A DNA stretch of 32,000 bases from Vibrio vulnificus CMCP6 (GTDB lineage: Bacteria > Pseudomonadota > Gammaproteobacteria > Enterobacterales > Vibrionaceae), in NCBI RefSeq assembly GCF_000039765.1, contig NC_004459.3, positions 2,866,104-2,898,103 on the forward strand. The letters are read 5' to 3'. Below, piece after piece: positions 8,103-17,073 of this stretch. The notes under the pieces were generated by a model, which was not told the DNA's origin, made no database searches, and saw nothing but the letters and a program-made list of their open reading frames with translations. How positions within the stretch are numbered: position 1 is the first letter of the stretch; each line of letters begins with the position of its first letter. The position numbers and the translations under genes are program-made.

Positions 8103-9816
8103 TTTAATTCCCTTCCTAAAACTGTATAAGAAACACTGGTTTGGTCTCTCTCTAGGGATGCTACTGGCGTTTTTAACGCTGTTCGCTTCTATTGGCCTAC
8201 TCACTTTGTCAGGCTGGTTTCTTTCTGCCGCAGCCATTGCCGGATTGACCATTGCTCGTGAAACATTCAACTACATGCTGCCTGGGGCATTTGTGCGTGG
8301 TTTTGCGATGGGACGAACAGCGGGACGTTGGGGCGAAAGAGTGGTCAGCCATAACGCGACCTTCAAGCTCTTGACTGACCTGCGTATTTTCTTTTTCTCT
8401 AAGTTAGCGCCGCTGATCCCAGGACGAGTCTCCAATCTTCGTGACGCCGATTTGCTTAACCGCTTGGTAGCAGACATTGACGCAATGGATCATGTTTATT
8501 TGCGTTTGATCAGCCCTATGGTCGTCGGCACACTTGGCATACTGGGCTTAACGGCCGTGCTGTGTTGGTTTGATATGACATTGGGCCTAACACTGGGGGC
8601 AATTCTGACTCTGCTACTGCTACTCTGGCCTGTCCTTTTCTACAAGCTAGGGAAAAGCAATGGACAAGCGCTAACCCACAATAAAGCAGAGCTGCGTGTT
8701 GCAACTTTGGACTGGTTGCAAGGTTACAGTGAACTGACACTCTTTGGTGCCGAATCACGCTACCACCACGCTATTTTGCATGTACAAGAGAAATTACTGA
8801 AAAACCAATACTTTAACGCCCATTTTTCTGGTTTGGCACAAGCGTTATTGATGCTCGCAAACGGTTGGACCTTGGTATTGATGCTTTGGCTTGCCGCAGA
8901 TGGCGTCGGTGGTAACGCACCCGATCCTATGATTGCACTAGTGGCCTTCGCCACCATGGCAAGCGTAGAACTGCTCATGCCAATTGCGGGCGCTTTCCAG
9001 CACCTTGGTCAAACCTTAACGTCCGCCCGTCGCCTCAATGAAGTTATTCTGGCTGAACCTGAAGTCCGTTTTGCCAAAGAGGATGTGGCTCACTCTGGTG
9101 AATACTCTATTGACTATCAGGCCGTATCGTTCAAATACCCGGATAGCCAAAGTATGGCCCTGAGCAATGTCAGCTTGACGATTCCAGCCCAGCACAAAGT
9201 GGCCATTGTCGGCCAAACGGGCTCAGGAAAATCAACCTTGCTGCAACTGCTCAATCGTTATTGGGATGTTAATCAAGGCTCTATCTTGCTTGCAGGCAAA
9301 CCGATCACCGAGTGGAGTGAAAGCCAGCTACGCCGCTCCATCAGTGTTGTAAGTCAACGTGTAGATATCTTAAACGGATCGTTACGAGACAATTTATTGA
9401 TGGCCTCCCCTAGCGCAACCGACGAACAATTGTCTGACATGCTCACCAAAGTCGGGCTAGAAAAACTGCTTGACGATAACGGGCTATCCGCATGGCTTGG
9501 CGAAGGTGGTCGCCAGTTATCCGGTGGTGAAAAACGCCGTATCGGTATTGCAAGAGCCTTGCTACACAATGCACCAATCTTACTGCTTGATGAACCGACA
9601 GAGGGCTTAGATAAGCAGACGGAACAGCAGATCATGCAGTTACTTGAAGCGCACTTTGACGGGAAAACCGTACTCTTCATTACACACCGTTTGGTCAACC
9701 TCGACAAAATGGACAGCATTTGCCTAATCGAACAAGGTAAGATTGTCGAATATGGTCACCATCAAGCGCTTTTAGCCGCTCGTGGTCGCTATTTTGAACT
9801 CAACCAAACGCTGTAA
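8095..9816 (+). CDS. cydC: Cysteine/glutathione ABC exporter subunit CydC
   Basis: ATG 8095 overlaps the cydD stop (ATGCGTGA), indicating translational coupling. ABC TM domain plus Walker A GQTGSGKST, signature LSGGEKRR and Walker B LLLDEPTEGLD. The track's longer ORF from 7978 lies inside cydD and is rejected. Confidence 0.95.
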   Translation: MRDLIPFLKLYKKHWFGLSLGMLLAFLTLFASIGLLTLSGWFLSAAAIAGLTIARETFNYMLPGAFVRGFAMGRTAGRWGERVVSHNATFKLLTDLRIFFFSKLAPLIPGRVSNLRDADLLNRLVADIDAMDHVYLRLISPMVVGTLGILGLTAVLCWFDMTLGLTLGAILTLLLLLWPVLFYKLGKSNGQALTHNKAELRVATLDWLQGYSELTLFGAESRYHHAILHVQEKLLKNQYFNAHFSGLAQALLMLANGWTLVLMLWLAADGVGGNAPDPMIALVAFATMASVELLMPIAGAFQHLGQTLTSARRLNEVILAEPEVRFAKEDVAHSGEYSIDYQAVSFKYPDSQSMALSNVSLTIPAQHKVAIVGQTGSGKSTLLQLLNRYWDVNQGSILLAGKPITEWSESQLRRSISVVSQRVDILNGSLRDNLLMASPSATDEQLSDMLTKVGLEKLLDDNGLSAWLGEGGRQLSGGEKRRIGIARALLHNAPILLLDEPTEGLDKQTEQQIMQLLEAHFDGKTVLFITHRLVNLDKMDSICLIEQGKIVEYGHHQALLAARGRYFELNQTL

Positions 9817-9890
9817 ATTGCACTGCTATCACCTTTTAAATGGCTGGGCAGTATTACTCAGCCATCAATAGGACAATGGCAAACAAGAAA

Positions 9891-9925
9891 AAGGGAAGTG
9901 CTTACGCACTTCCCTTTGTTTTTCT
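9891..9925. terminator. Bidirectional terminator between convergent cydC and serC
   Basis: AAGGGAAGTGC-ttac-GCACTTCCCTT with an A-run upstream and TGTTTTT downstream. Confidence 0.85.
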
Positions 9926-9942
9926 CATCTATCGCACTGAAA

Positions 9943-11037
9943 TTACGCGTTTTCTTGCTCAAATTGGCGCATGAAATCGACTAACGCCTTCACACCTTCA
10001 ATTGGCATTGCGTTGTAAATGGAGGCGCGCATGCCACCCACTACTCGGTGACCTTTTAGTGATTTGAGACCCAATGCTTCAGCTTCTTTCAAGAATTTTG
10101 CGTCTAGCTCTGGTTTCACCATTTGGAACGGCACATTCATTAATGAACGGTTATCTGGATGTACATTGTTGATGTAAAAATCGGACTCATCAATGTAGTT
10201 ATACAAAATCGCCGCTTTCTCACGGTTTACTTGCTCAATCGCTTTTACCCCACCCTGCGCTTTCAACCATTTGAAAACAAGGCCAGACAAGTACCAGGCA
10301 AAAGTTGGTGGCGTGTTAAACATCGAGTCTTGTTCTGCCAACACTTTGTAATTGAGAATACTTGGCAATACTTCTTTCGCCAAACCAAGCAAATCGTCAC
10401 GTACAATGGCAATCGCAATACCAGAAGGACCGATATTTTTTTGCGCACCTGCGTAAATCACACCGTATTTTGATACATCAATTTCACGCGACAAAATGGT
10501 CGAAGACATATCGGCAACGATCGGCTTATCCGTCACTGGAAGATCATTGATCTCAATGCCATCAATGGTTTCATTGGGACAAAAATGCACGTAAGCCGCA
10601 TCAGGATGAATTTGCCATTCTGAGGCAGGTAGTACCGCTTGCTTGCCTTCTTTTTCCGCTTTCGCAACAAAGACATCCGGCTGACAGTATTTTTTTGCTT
10701 CTTCGACAGCACTTTCTGCCCAATAGCCCGCATCAATGTAGGTCGCCGTCGTCGCGTCACCTAGCAGATTCAGCGGCACGGCCGCAAATTGAGCGCGCGC
10801 ACCACCTTGGCAGAAAAGAACTTTGTAATTATCAGGGATATTCAGTAGATCGCGGAGATCTTGCTCAGATTGCTCTGCGACTGCAATAAACTCTTTGCTA
10901 CGGTGGCTGATTTCCATAACGGAAGTGCCTAGCCCTTGCCAGTTCAACAATTCTTGTTGCGCCTGCTGCATAACAGGCTTCGGTAGTGCTGCTGGTCCGG
11001 CACTAAAGTTAAATACGTTATCCGTATTTTGTTCCAT
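9943..11037 (-). CDS. serC: Phosphoserine aminotransferase
   Basis: Colinear with E. coli SerC ([32 protein letters not shown]; [13 protein letters not shown]-Lys region; C-terminal [27 protein letters not shown]). AGGAGC SD before ATG 11037. The track's 5' extension to 11088 is rejected. Confidence 0.96.
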   Translation of the reverse strand: MEQNTDNVFNFSAGPAALPKPVMQQAQQELLNWQGLGTSVMEISHRSKEFIAVAEQSEQDLRDLLNIPDNYKVLFCQGGARAQFAAVPLNLLGDATTATYIDAGYWAESAVEEAKKYCQPDVFVAKAEKEGKQAVLPASEWQIHPDAAYVHFCPNETIDGIEINDLPVTDKPIVADMSSTILSREIDVSKYGVIYAGAQKNIGPSGIAIAIVRDDLLGLAKEVLPSILNYKVLAEQDSMFNTPPTFAWYLSGLVFKWLKAQGGVKAIEQVNREKAAILYNYIDESDFYINNVHPDNRSLMNVPFQMVKPELDAKFLKEAEALGLKSLKGHRVVGGMRASIYNAMPIEGVKALVDFMRQFEQENA

Positions 11038-11111
11038 GACGCTCTTTGCTCCTGCTAGATGTAATAAAAACTCTGCAAGTAATATCACGTTTTTCGCTGT
11101 TGAAAAACAAG

Positions 11112-11137
11112 AAAAGAGGTCTTAAGACCTCTTTTTT
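11112..11137 (-). terminator. Terminator downstream of the YdgA-like gene (palindromic, usable on both strands)
   Basis: AAAAGAGGTC-ttaa-GACCTCTTTT flanked by A/T runs. It lies between the stop at 11161 and the serC promoter region. Confidence 0.75.
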
Positions 11138-11160
11138 ATTCTAAGCAAATGAATCCGCAA

Positions 11161-12423
11161 TTATTGCATTAGCGCAGGCATCAATAGCGCGAGTAGTGGG
11201 AACTGTTGTCCGTTATCAAACATCAATTTACCTTCAGCGATTTTGGCTTTCAAGGTATAGCCACCTTCGACTTGTTGCAGAATTTCCATCACCATCAACT
11301 CATCCACTCCTTCTTGGATAAATGGGTATTCCGCCACCAGCTCATCACTGAAATAGGTACTGAGATCGCCCGTCATTGATGTCATGATTTTCATTGGATC
11401 TTGCGTCACTTGCGCAGTGCCTTGAGGCATTGACAGATTCCAGGTGTTCTCAAATATCCCCTCACCCAATTTTAGAGATAAGTTTTTCACTGCCACATCA
11501 AAGCCCTTCTCAAACAAGGTATCGATATGTGGCATCAGTGATTGCACTTCTTCTTGCGTTAGAGACGCAGCGTTTTGATACACATCCATCAACTTATCGA
11601 AAGATTGCATATCCAGATTCGTTAGAGAGAAGTCCAGATTAAGATCTTTGACTTCACTGCCGTCAGACATCAACAGCTTTTTCGACTTAAAAGTAAACAC
11701 GCTCGCCAAACGCTCCCCTTTGGTGTCCGGCTTAGTCTCACCAAGATATTGAGCGTCATACAAGCCAAACAAAGGTTGAGCAGAGGCATCTGCGACTTGA
11801 AACTCGCCCAATCGAATATCTTGTTGCCCTAACCAGTAACCGTTTTTGTGTTTGCCCTTGCCATTTCCTGTCAGATTGCCAACATGCAGCGATTCACCAC
11901 TACTGAAGTCAAACTGAATCGACGGTACATCAAGCACAAAATCGACATCCCCCAACACCGTGGCATTGCCAGACAGCTTCATCGGTGCGGTAGAAACCGC
12001 AACACCTTCACTGTCACTGACAAAATTCCAACTATCAATCGTGGCAACAAAATCCGTGTTTCCATTCAATTGTGTGGTGGCTTCAATATGCAGAGGTAGC
12101 GCCTGCTCCCCCATCAAGTCAGAAACCGAGTCAAGCGAGGTAAGCCCATGCGTTAATCTCGATTGCATTTCGTAAACCAAAGGAAGCCCGTCCGTTTCAA
12201 ATTGCTCAACTAACACAGGGTCAACAATGGTGTAACGCGTGGTGACTTCCGATGTGCGATAACCTCGGTCGTACTTGACAATTTCCGCTTGCAGTTGCGC
12301 ACTATTTAGCTTGGCAACAGCATCTTCAATTACATTTTGACCAATCTGCCCCACCGCCAATGGCCAACACAATGCCAATGAGATAGCACCACCAACTGCA
12401 CCGATTTTCTTTAAGTTGTTCAT
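11161..12423 (-). CDS. YdgA/DUF945-like envelope protein
   Basis: 420 aa. N-terminal signal-anchor (IGAVGGAISLALCWPLAVGQ), with size and overall organisation like the E. coli YdgA family. The assignment is by loose by-eye similarity only. Confidence 0.7.
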   Translation of the reverse strand: MNNLKKIGAVGGAISLALCWPLAVGQIGQNVIEDAVAKLNSAQLQAEIVKYDRGYRTSEVTTRYTIVDPVLVEQFETDGLPLVYEMQSRLTHGLTSLDSVSDLMGEQALPLHIEATTQLNGNTDFVATIDSWNFVSDSEGVAVSTAPMKLSGNATVLGDVDFVLDVPSIQFDFSSGESLHVGNLTGNGKGKHKNGYWLGQQDIRLGEFQVADASAQPLFGLYDAQYLGETKPDTKGERLASVFTFKSKKLLMSDGSEVKDLNLDFSLTNLDMQSFDKLMDVYQNAASLTQEEVQSLMPHIDTLFEKGFDVAVKNLSLKLGEGIFENTWNLSMPQGTAQVTQDPMKIMTSMTGDLSTYFSDELVAEYPFIQEGVDELMVMEILQQVEGGYTLKAKIAEGKLMFDNGQQFPLLALLMPALMQ

Positions 12424-12612
12424 AATGTCACTTATTTGTGAATGTTTTGAGTGAGTCTACCCTATCTATACTCAGGTGAAAACATTGAGATAAATCAGAC
12501 TATTGCTAAGTACACCAGAATGACTCACGAAATTTAAACTTAGCTCTCAACCAGATCTCGCGCTTCCTGTTACCTTATCTTAGTCGTTGTTTATGCTAAA
12601 AGATGAGGCTTT

Positions 12613-14556
12613 GTGAACCGTTACGCTATTTTGTGTTTGGACAACAATCCGATAAGTATCGAGCAATTTCGCCAAGAATTGGCGACGTTTTCTCATAAAT
12701 TTGATGTATTTACTGCAGACTCAGTTGAAGAAGCACATCACGCGATCGACTATTTAGAGCAGGCGAACCAAACCATGGCGCTGGTCATCGCAAGCCATCA
12801 CAGTGAATTGAACGGCGTTGACTTCTTGATTGGCTTAGACCACAACCCCAGAACAGAAGATGCCCGACGCATTCTAATTAGCTGCTCAACGGACATTGCC
12901 GCGATCATCACTGCGGTCAATGAAGGCCGATTGGATCACTGTTTAACCAAGCCCCTCCCCGATCATGTCCTTTTTCAAACCGTTCAAAAAGAGCTGACTC
13001 AGTTTATTCTTAAGTTTGAAAAAGAAGATTTGCTTGGCTTTAGCAGCGTGCTTGATCAAAATCGTTTGCTACGTGCACATATTGAAAATCAGATGCGTCA
13101 CTACCAAGCAGGCTTTATCCACGATTATCACACCTTGTCTGACGCTGAACTAACGGAACGTTTCACCAATGCACTGCAAACTTTTTTCCAAGAAAAAGAC
13201 GAAACAAGAGCCTGTAGAACGTATTCACCAGAACATCTGTTGACGGTCGAAGGTGAGGCGAACAAGTTCCTCTGGTTCATTACCTCTGGAGAAGTCGCGC
13301 TGTATAAACGCGATGAATTGGGCATGCAACGTGAAGTGGTCCGACATAAGAAAGGCAATCTCGTTGGGGGCATGTCATTTGTTACCGGAGAAAAATCGTT
13401 CTCAACCGCTCTCACTCTCACCAAGACGGAAGTGATCAAATTAGATCGCAACGTTTTTGCCCAGGTGATGCAATCCGATTCTAACCTTTTGCCTCTGTTT
13501 ACCAACCTGTTGCTACGACACTTTAACCGGCGTTTGCAACGCAGTATCAATACAAAACTGCAGTTACAGAAAACCCTTGAATCGCTTGAATCTGCCCATC
13601 AACAATTGATCGAAAAAGAAAAAATGGCCATGCTCGGTCAGTTAGTCGCAGGGGTTGCCCATGAACTCAATAATCCCATCGCGGCAATTCTAAGAGGCAT
13701 TGAAAACCTCAACCAAAATTTGGCAATGGTACTTTCAACCAGCGGCGCGCCAAATCAAACCACGAAAGGGATAGCCGTGTTAGAAAGTGCCAAAGCAAGT
13801 AAACCGATGTCAACCGCGGAGCTTAGAGAGCGCTCAAACCAACTTTTATCATGCGTTGACAACCGAAATATCGCGAGAAAATTAGTCGCCCTCGGTTTGG
13901 AACAGGACGACGAACTGCTTACGCAACTCAAGCAGCATCCAACGGAAGGTGCCCGTCAACTTGAACACCTTGAACACTACTTTTTGATTGGCAACGCACT
14001 GCGATCAATTGATGTGTGTGCCAGTCGGATTGCTGATATGGTCAAGAGCTTAAAAGGCTATGCTCGTGCAGATGATGAAAAAACGCATATTGCCGATATC
14101 CACGAAGGCATTGAAGATACGTTAGTGATTTTCGAAAATCGCCTCAAACTGCATAAACTGACCACACATTACTGTTCTTTGCCCCCTATTTATTGCCAGC
14201 CAATCGCGCTGCAACAAGTGTGGACTAATATGATTTCAAATGCGCTCGACGCCATGCCAGAACATGGTACTCTCGAAATCACCACTCAAATTGAATCACG
14301 CAATGACAAACCTTATGTTACGGTTTCATTTAGAGACAATGGCTGTGGCATACCAGCAGAGCAACAAGCCACGATTTTTGAACTGAACTACACCACCAAA
14401 AAAGAGGGAAATTTTGGTCTTGGCATTGGTTTGTCTATTTGCCATCAAATCATCCATAGTCACGGAGGATGGATCGAAGTGGATTCGATTCCAGCGCAGT
14501 ACACCTGTATGACTATCTGGTTACCACTGGTTTCTGAAGGAGCATCCCATGAATAA
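12613..14556 (+). CDS. Cytoplasmic sensor histidine kinase: pseudo-receiver + cNMP-binding-like domain + HisKA + HATPase
   Basis: 647 aa with GTG start and GAGG SD. No TM segments are visible. The N-terminal REC-like fold is paralogous to the downstream receiver but has Ser where the phospho-Asp should be (LVIASHHSELNG vs LILCDHIMPEQTG). Central CAP-effector-like domain (FLWFITSGEVALY...GGMSFVTGEKSFSTALT). H-box VAGVAHELNNP, N box MISNALDAM, G boxes RDNGCGIP and GLGIGLSICHQI. Confidence 0.9.
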   Translation: MNRYAILCLDNNPISIEQFRQELATFSHKFDVFTADSVEEAHHAIDYLEQANQTMALVIASHHSELNGVDFLIGLDHNPRTEDARRILISCSTDIAAIITAVNEGRLDHCLTKPLPDHVLFQTVQKELTQFILKFEKEDLLGFSSVLDQNRLLRAHIENQMRHYQAGFIHDYHTLSDAELTERFTNALQTFFQEKDETRACRTYSPEHLLTVEGEANKFLWFITSGEVALYKRDELGMQREVVRHKKGNLVGGMSFVTGEKSFSTALTLTKTEVIKLDRNVFAQVMQSDSNLLPLFTNLLLRHFNRRLQRSINTKLQLQKTLESLESAHQQLIEKEKMAMLGQLVAGVAHELNNPIAAILRGIENLNQNLAMVLSTSGAPNQTTKGIAVLESAKASKPMSTAELRERSNQLLSCVDNRNIARKLVALGLEQDDELLTQLKQHPTEGARQLEHLEHYFLIGNALRSIDVCASRIADMVKSLKGYARADDEKTHIADIHEGIEDTLVIFENRLKLHKLTTHYCSLPPIYCQPIALQQVWTNMISNALDAMPEHGTLEITTQIESRNDKPYVTVSFRDNGCGIPAEQQATIFELNYTTKKEGNFGLGIGLSICHQIIHSHGGWIEVDSIPAQYTCMTIWLPLVSEGASHE

Positions 14557-15044
14557 ATACTTGATTTTGTGTGTTGATGACGAACGAGAAGTGCTCGATA
14601 GCGTACTTCAAGATTTATCGCCATTTGAAGATCATTTTGTGCTCGAGGGCGCAGAGTCAGTAGCAGAAGCCAAAAATGTCATTGAAGAGTATGACGACGA
14701 AGGCGTTCCATTGGCATTAATTCTGTGCGACCACATCATGCCAGAACAAACAGGGATCAGTTTTCTCATTGAACTCAGTCGCGGCGAAACGACGCGCAAA
14801 GCGAGAAAAGTACTCTTGACGGGGCAAGCTGGTTTGGAAGATACCGTTGAAGCGGTGAATCATGCGAGCCTTATTTTTATATCGCCAAACCTTGGTACGG
14901 CGACGAGCTGAGAAACGCGATAAAAAACCAGTTGACCTCCTACGGATCGCAAATGACGACAATTTATTGTCATGGACATCGGTATTAGATCCAGAGAGAA
15001 TTCTCAATGCAATGGCGGAGAAACGAAGTTCTTTCGGCGAATAA
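14549..15044 (+). pseudogene. Stand-alone receiver (CheY-like) response regulator interrupted by two -1 frameshifts
   Basis: The ATG overlaps the kinase stop (ATGAATAA). Frame A gives a normal REC N-terminus (LILCVDDE...LILCDHIMPEQTG...KVLLTGQ...AVNHASL) and then stops at 14909-14911. The expected beta5/alpha5 motif YFYIAKPWYGDELRNAIKNQLTSY is in a second frame (14872-~14945). The C-terminal tail IANDDNLLSWTSVLDPERILNAMAEKRSSFGE* is in the third frame (to 15044). The shift points are at or near the T5 run 14874-14878 and within 14922-14946, which includes the A6 run 14922-14927. Confidence 0.8.
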
Positions 15045-15251
15045 CTGACTCATTACCAAGCACTTGTTAAGTCGAATCGACTCACATTAAATGGCATCAG
15101 AATTGCTTAATTATTGGCTAGACGACAAAACAATGGCATTTTTTGTTGGTGACTTGTCTACAAGTTGATTAATATGTCGCAATGAAATGAATGGGTTGAG
15201 CAGCCCAGACTCAACCGGGAAGTAACAAAATAAAGAAGGTTTACCATAGTT

Positions 15252-15800
15252 ATGCGTAAGACAATTCTAGCTGCAGCTCTGCTGATTGCCTCTAGCCAAG
15301 TGATGGCCAAGGAAGACCCAAACCGTCCAGCAACCATGAGCAACTTTAGTTACGACTACATCGAAGCTCGTATCGGCGCTAGCCCAATGACTTTTGGTGC
15401 AGCCTACAGCAAGTCTGTTCACCCAAATGCGCACATTATTGCCCGTATCGATTCCGAATTTGAAAGTGACTTCGACGCTGCTGCAGGTTTTGGTTTCCAC
15501 TCACCTATCAATAACTGGGCAGACTTAACTGGTGCAATGCTTATGCGTGTTGTAGAGCCAGCAAAAGCAAGCAGTGCCGATATCGGTATGGAACTTAACT
15601 TGGGTATCCGCCAATGGCTTGGTCCTCAACTTGAAGTTGGTGGTAAAGTTGGTTACGTCTCCATTGATAACGACGATGACTGGATTGGCTCTGTGTACGC
15701 TCGCTTCCATTCAACTGAGCTTTTCTCGTTGGGTGTTGAAGCGCGTATCAATGACTTCTACGATGATCAATTGATGTTTACAACGCGTTTTAAATTCTAA
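15252..15800 (+). CDS. Small outer-membrane beta-barrel protein
   Basis: 182 aa. Signal peptide MRKTILAAALLIASSQVMA, alternating amphipathic beta-strand pattern, C-terminal TTRFKF ending in Phe as is typical of OMPs. AAGAAGG SD. Confidence 0.85.
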   Translation: MRKTILAAALLIASSQVMAKEDPNRPATMSNFSYDYIEARIGASPMTFGAAYSKSVHPNAHIIARIDSEFESDFDAAAGFGFHSPINNWADLTGAMLMRVVEPAKASSADIGMELNLGIRQWLGPQLEVGGKVGYVSIDNDDDWIGSVYARFHSTELFSLGVEARINDFYDDQLMFTTRFKF

Positions 15801-15940
15801 AGCACGATGAAGTTCAAGCTCTCATAGAACGAGTGGCTTGAACCTTTAACGTAGATATATACGTAAACGATTTGGCGTAGCTGATCGATAAAAGTGATAG
15901 CCAATTCTGTCACTGCTTTAAGTAGAACAAGTACAAATGA

Positions 15941-15972
15941 AAAAACCGAGGCAGCATTGTCTCGGTTTTTTA
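15941..15972. terminator. Bidirectional terminator shared by the OMP gene and tfoX
   Basis: AAAAA-CCGAGGCA-gcat-TGTCTCGG-TTTTTT (8 bp, one G.U pair). It lies 145 nt after the OMP stop and 155 nt after the tfoX stop. Confidence 0.8.
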
Positions 15973-16126
15973 TTTCGTGTCATTTATAGACAAGAAGATT
16001 TCTCTCCCGCTTTCAAGATGTATCACAACAAGAATGAGCGTACTTCGAACCAAACCTATGCGCTTTAAACCACCATTTGATTTCAGCGTTATCACTAAAC
16101 GGTTTAGTTCGAGAGCAAAATGATGA

Positions 16127-16714
16127 CTAGCAGCATGCTGCCAAAAGTTGTTTACGACGGGGCTCTTGAAGTAATTTCCAATGAATACCTTCTACCGCGC
16201 CAGCAAATTTCCATAGCAATTTGACATCAACGTCATTACCGTAAGCTTGCTTAACTCGATTAAAGACTTCAATCGCTCCTAATTCCATAAAGGTTTCAAC
16301 GTCATCAATCCCTGCTTTTTTCACCATGCGTTCAAGTGTTAATTGCATGTTCGGTAAATCTCTTAAACGACGACTGGCAGATGATTTTTGGAAATTACGT
16401 TGCTTTACAGAGCACGCTATAGACTGCTTTACCAAACGATCCAACTGACCATCTCGATTATCAAGTAGATTAGATACTTCGTAGTAATTTACAGTAGCAG
16501 TGGTTTGCTTTTTGACATGGCGATACTTCTCACAGCCCAATTGGCAAAAAGTATCATCCAAACTGTCTCCACCACGAAGGTAGTAGCAACCATTACTCAC
16601 CAATGCAAACATGGCATCTTCCGCAAACAGGCCGATACCACCGAACATTGAACGTTTCTGAAAATCACCAAATTGGTTGATGTAGTCAAAAAAAGCTTGT
16701 TCTGTCATATCCAT
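16127..16714 (-). CDS. tfoX: Competence regulator TfoX/Sxy
   Basis: 195 aa. Aligns with E. coli Sxy and Haemophilus TfoX: RSMFGG.GLFA...MFALV, YY.V, central RL(R/K)DLPN(M/L)....ERM..K.GI, and C-terminal LLW...GA..G.HW. AGGAG SD. Neighbourhood matches the V. cholerae tfoX locus as I recall it. Confidence 0.92.
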   Translation of the reverse strand: MDMTEQAFFDYINQFGDFQKRSMFGGIGLFAEDAMFALVSNGCYYLRGGDSLDDTFCQLGCEKYRHVKKQTTATVNYYEVSNLLDNRDGQLDRLVKQSIACSVKQRNFQKSSASRRLRDLPNMQLTLERMVKKAGIDDVETFMELGAIEVFNRVKQAYGNDVDVKLLWKFAGAVEGIHWKLLQEPRRKQLLAACC

Positions 16715-16903
16715 TGACTCCTAATTCAAAGATTAACCCCGATTAGTTATGTCACCAGATAGCAGCATTTTATAATTAAGCGAAAATGATAGAGAAAGGT
16801 ATTTAAATTATTTATAAGTAATTTTTATCAGCAACCCGAATCATACTTAATGAAAAAAAATAAGTCGGGATTCGCATCACAAATAAAGTTTCCTCTCCAT
16901 TAT

Positions 16904-16925
16904 TGATGAGATCCAATTCACATTA
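16904..16925 (-). promoter_or_regulatory. Candidate CRP site upstream of tfoX
   Basis: The minus strand reads ataaTGTGAattggaTCTCAtcaa, i.e. TGTGA-N6-TCTCA (9/10 to TGTGA-N6-TCACA). It is centred ~200 bp upstream of the tfoX ATG, consistent with a long 5' UTR. tfoX is known to be cAMP-CRP dependent in vibrios. Confidence 0.4.
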
Positions 16926-17073
16926 TCAAACAATAGCGCATGTTGTACTTTTCGTTACATTAAGCACTACGGACGAAAAAGCAGCAATTAAACTATTGTC
17001 ATGATGGCAATTTCTTGCACTGATCAACTCGCTACTAGTACACTGTACGAAAGCACTTTGGCTCAAAATATCT

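Noticed and set aside
13128-13550. 140-aa antisense ORF inside the histidine kinase (similar shadow ORFs at 7062-7376, 9354-9719, 10159-10473, 22421-22711, 25658-25894 and 29253-29525)
   Set aside because: All are embedded antisense or out of frame in genes with strong homology support. Their translations are Arg/Ser/Leu-rich, as is typical of shadow frames, and none has a start context.
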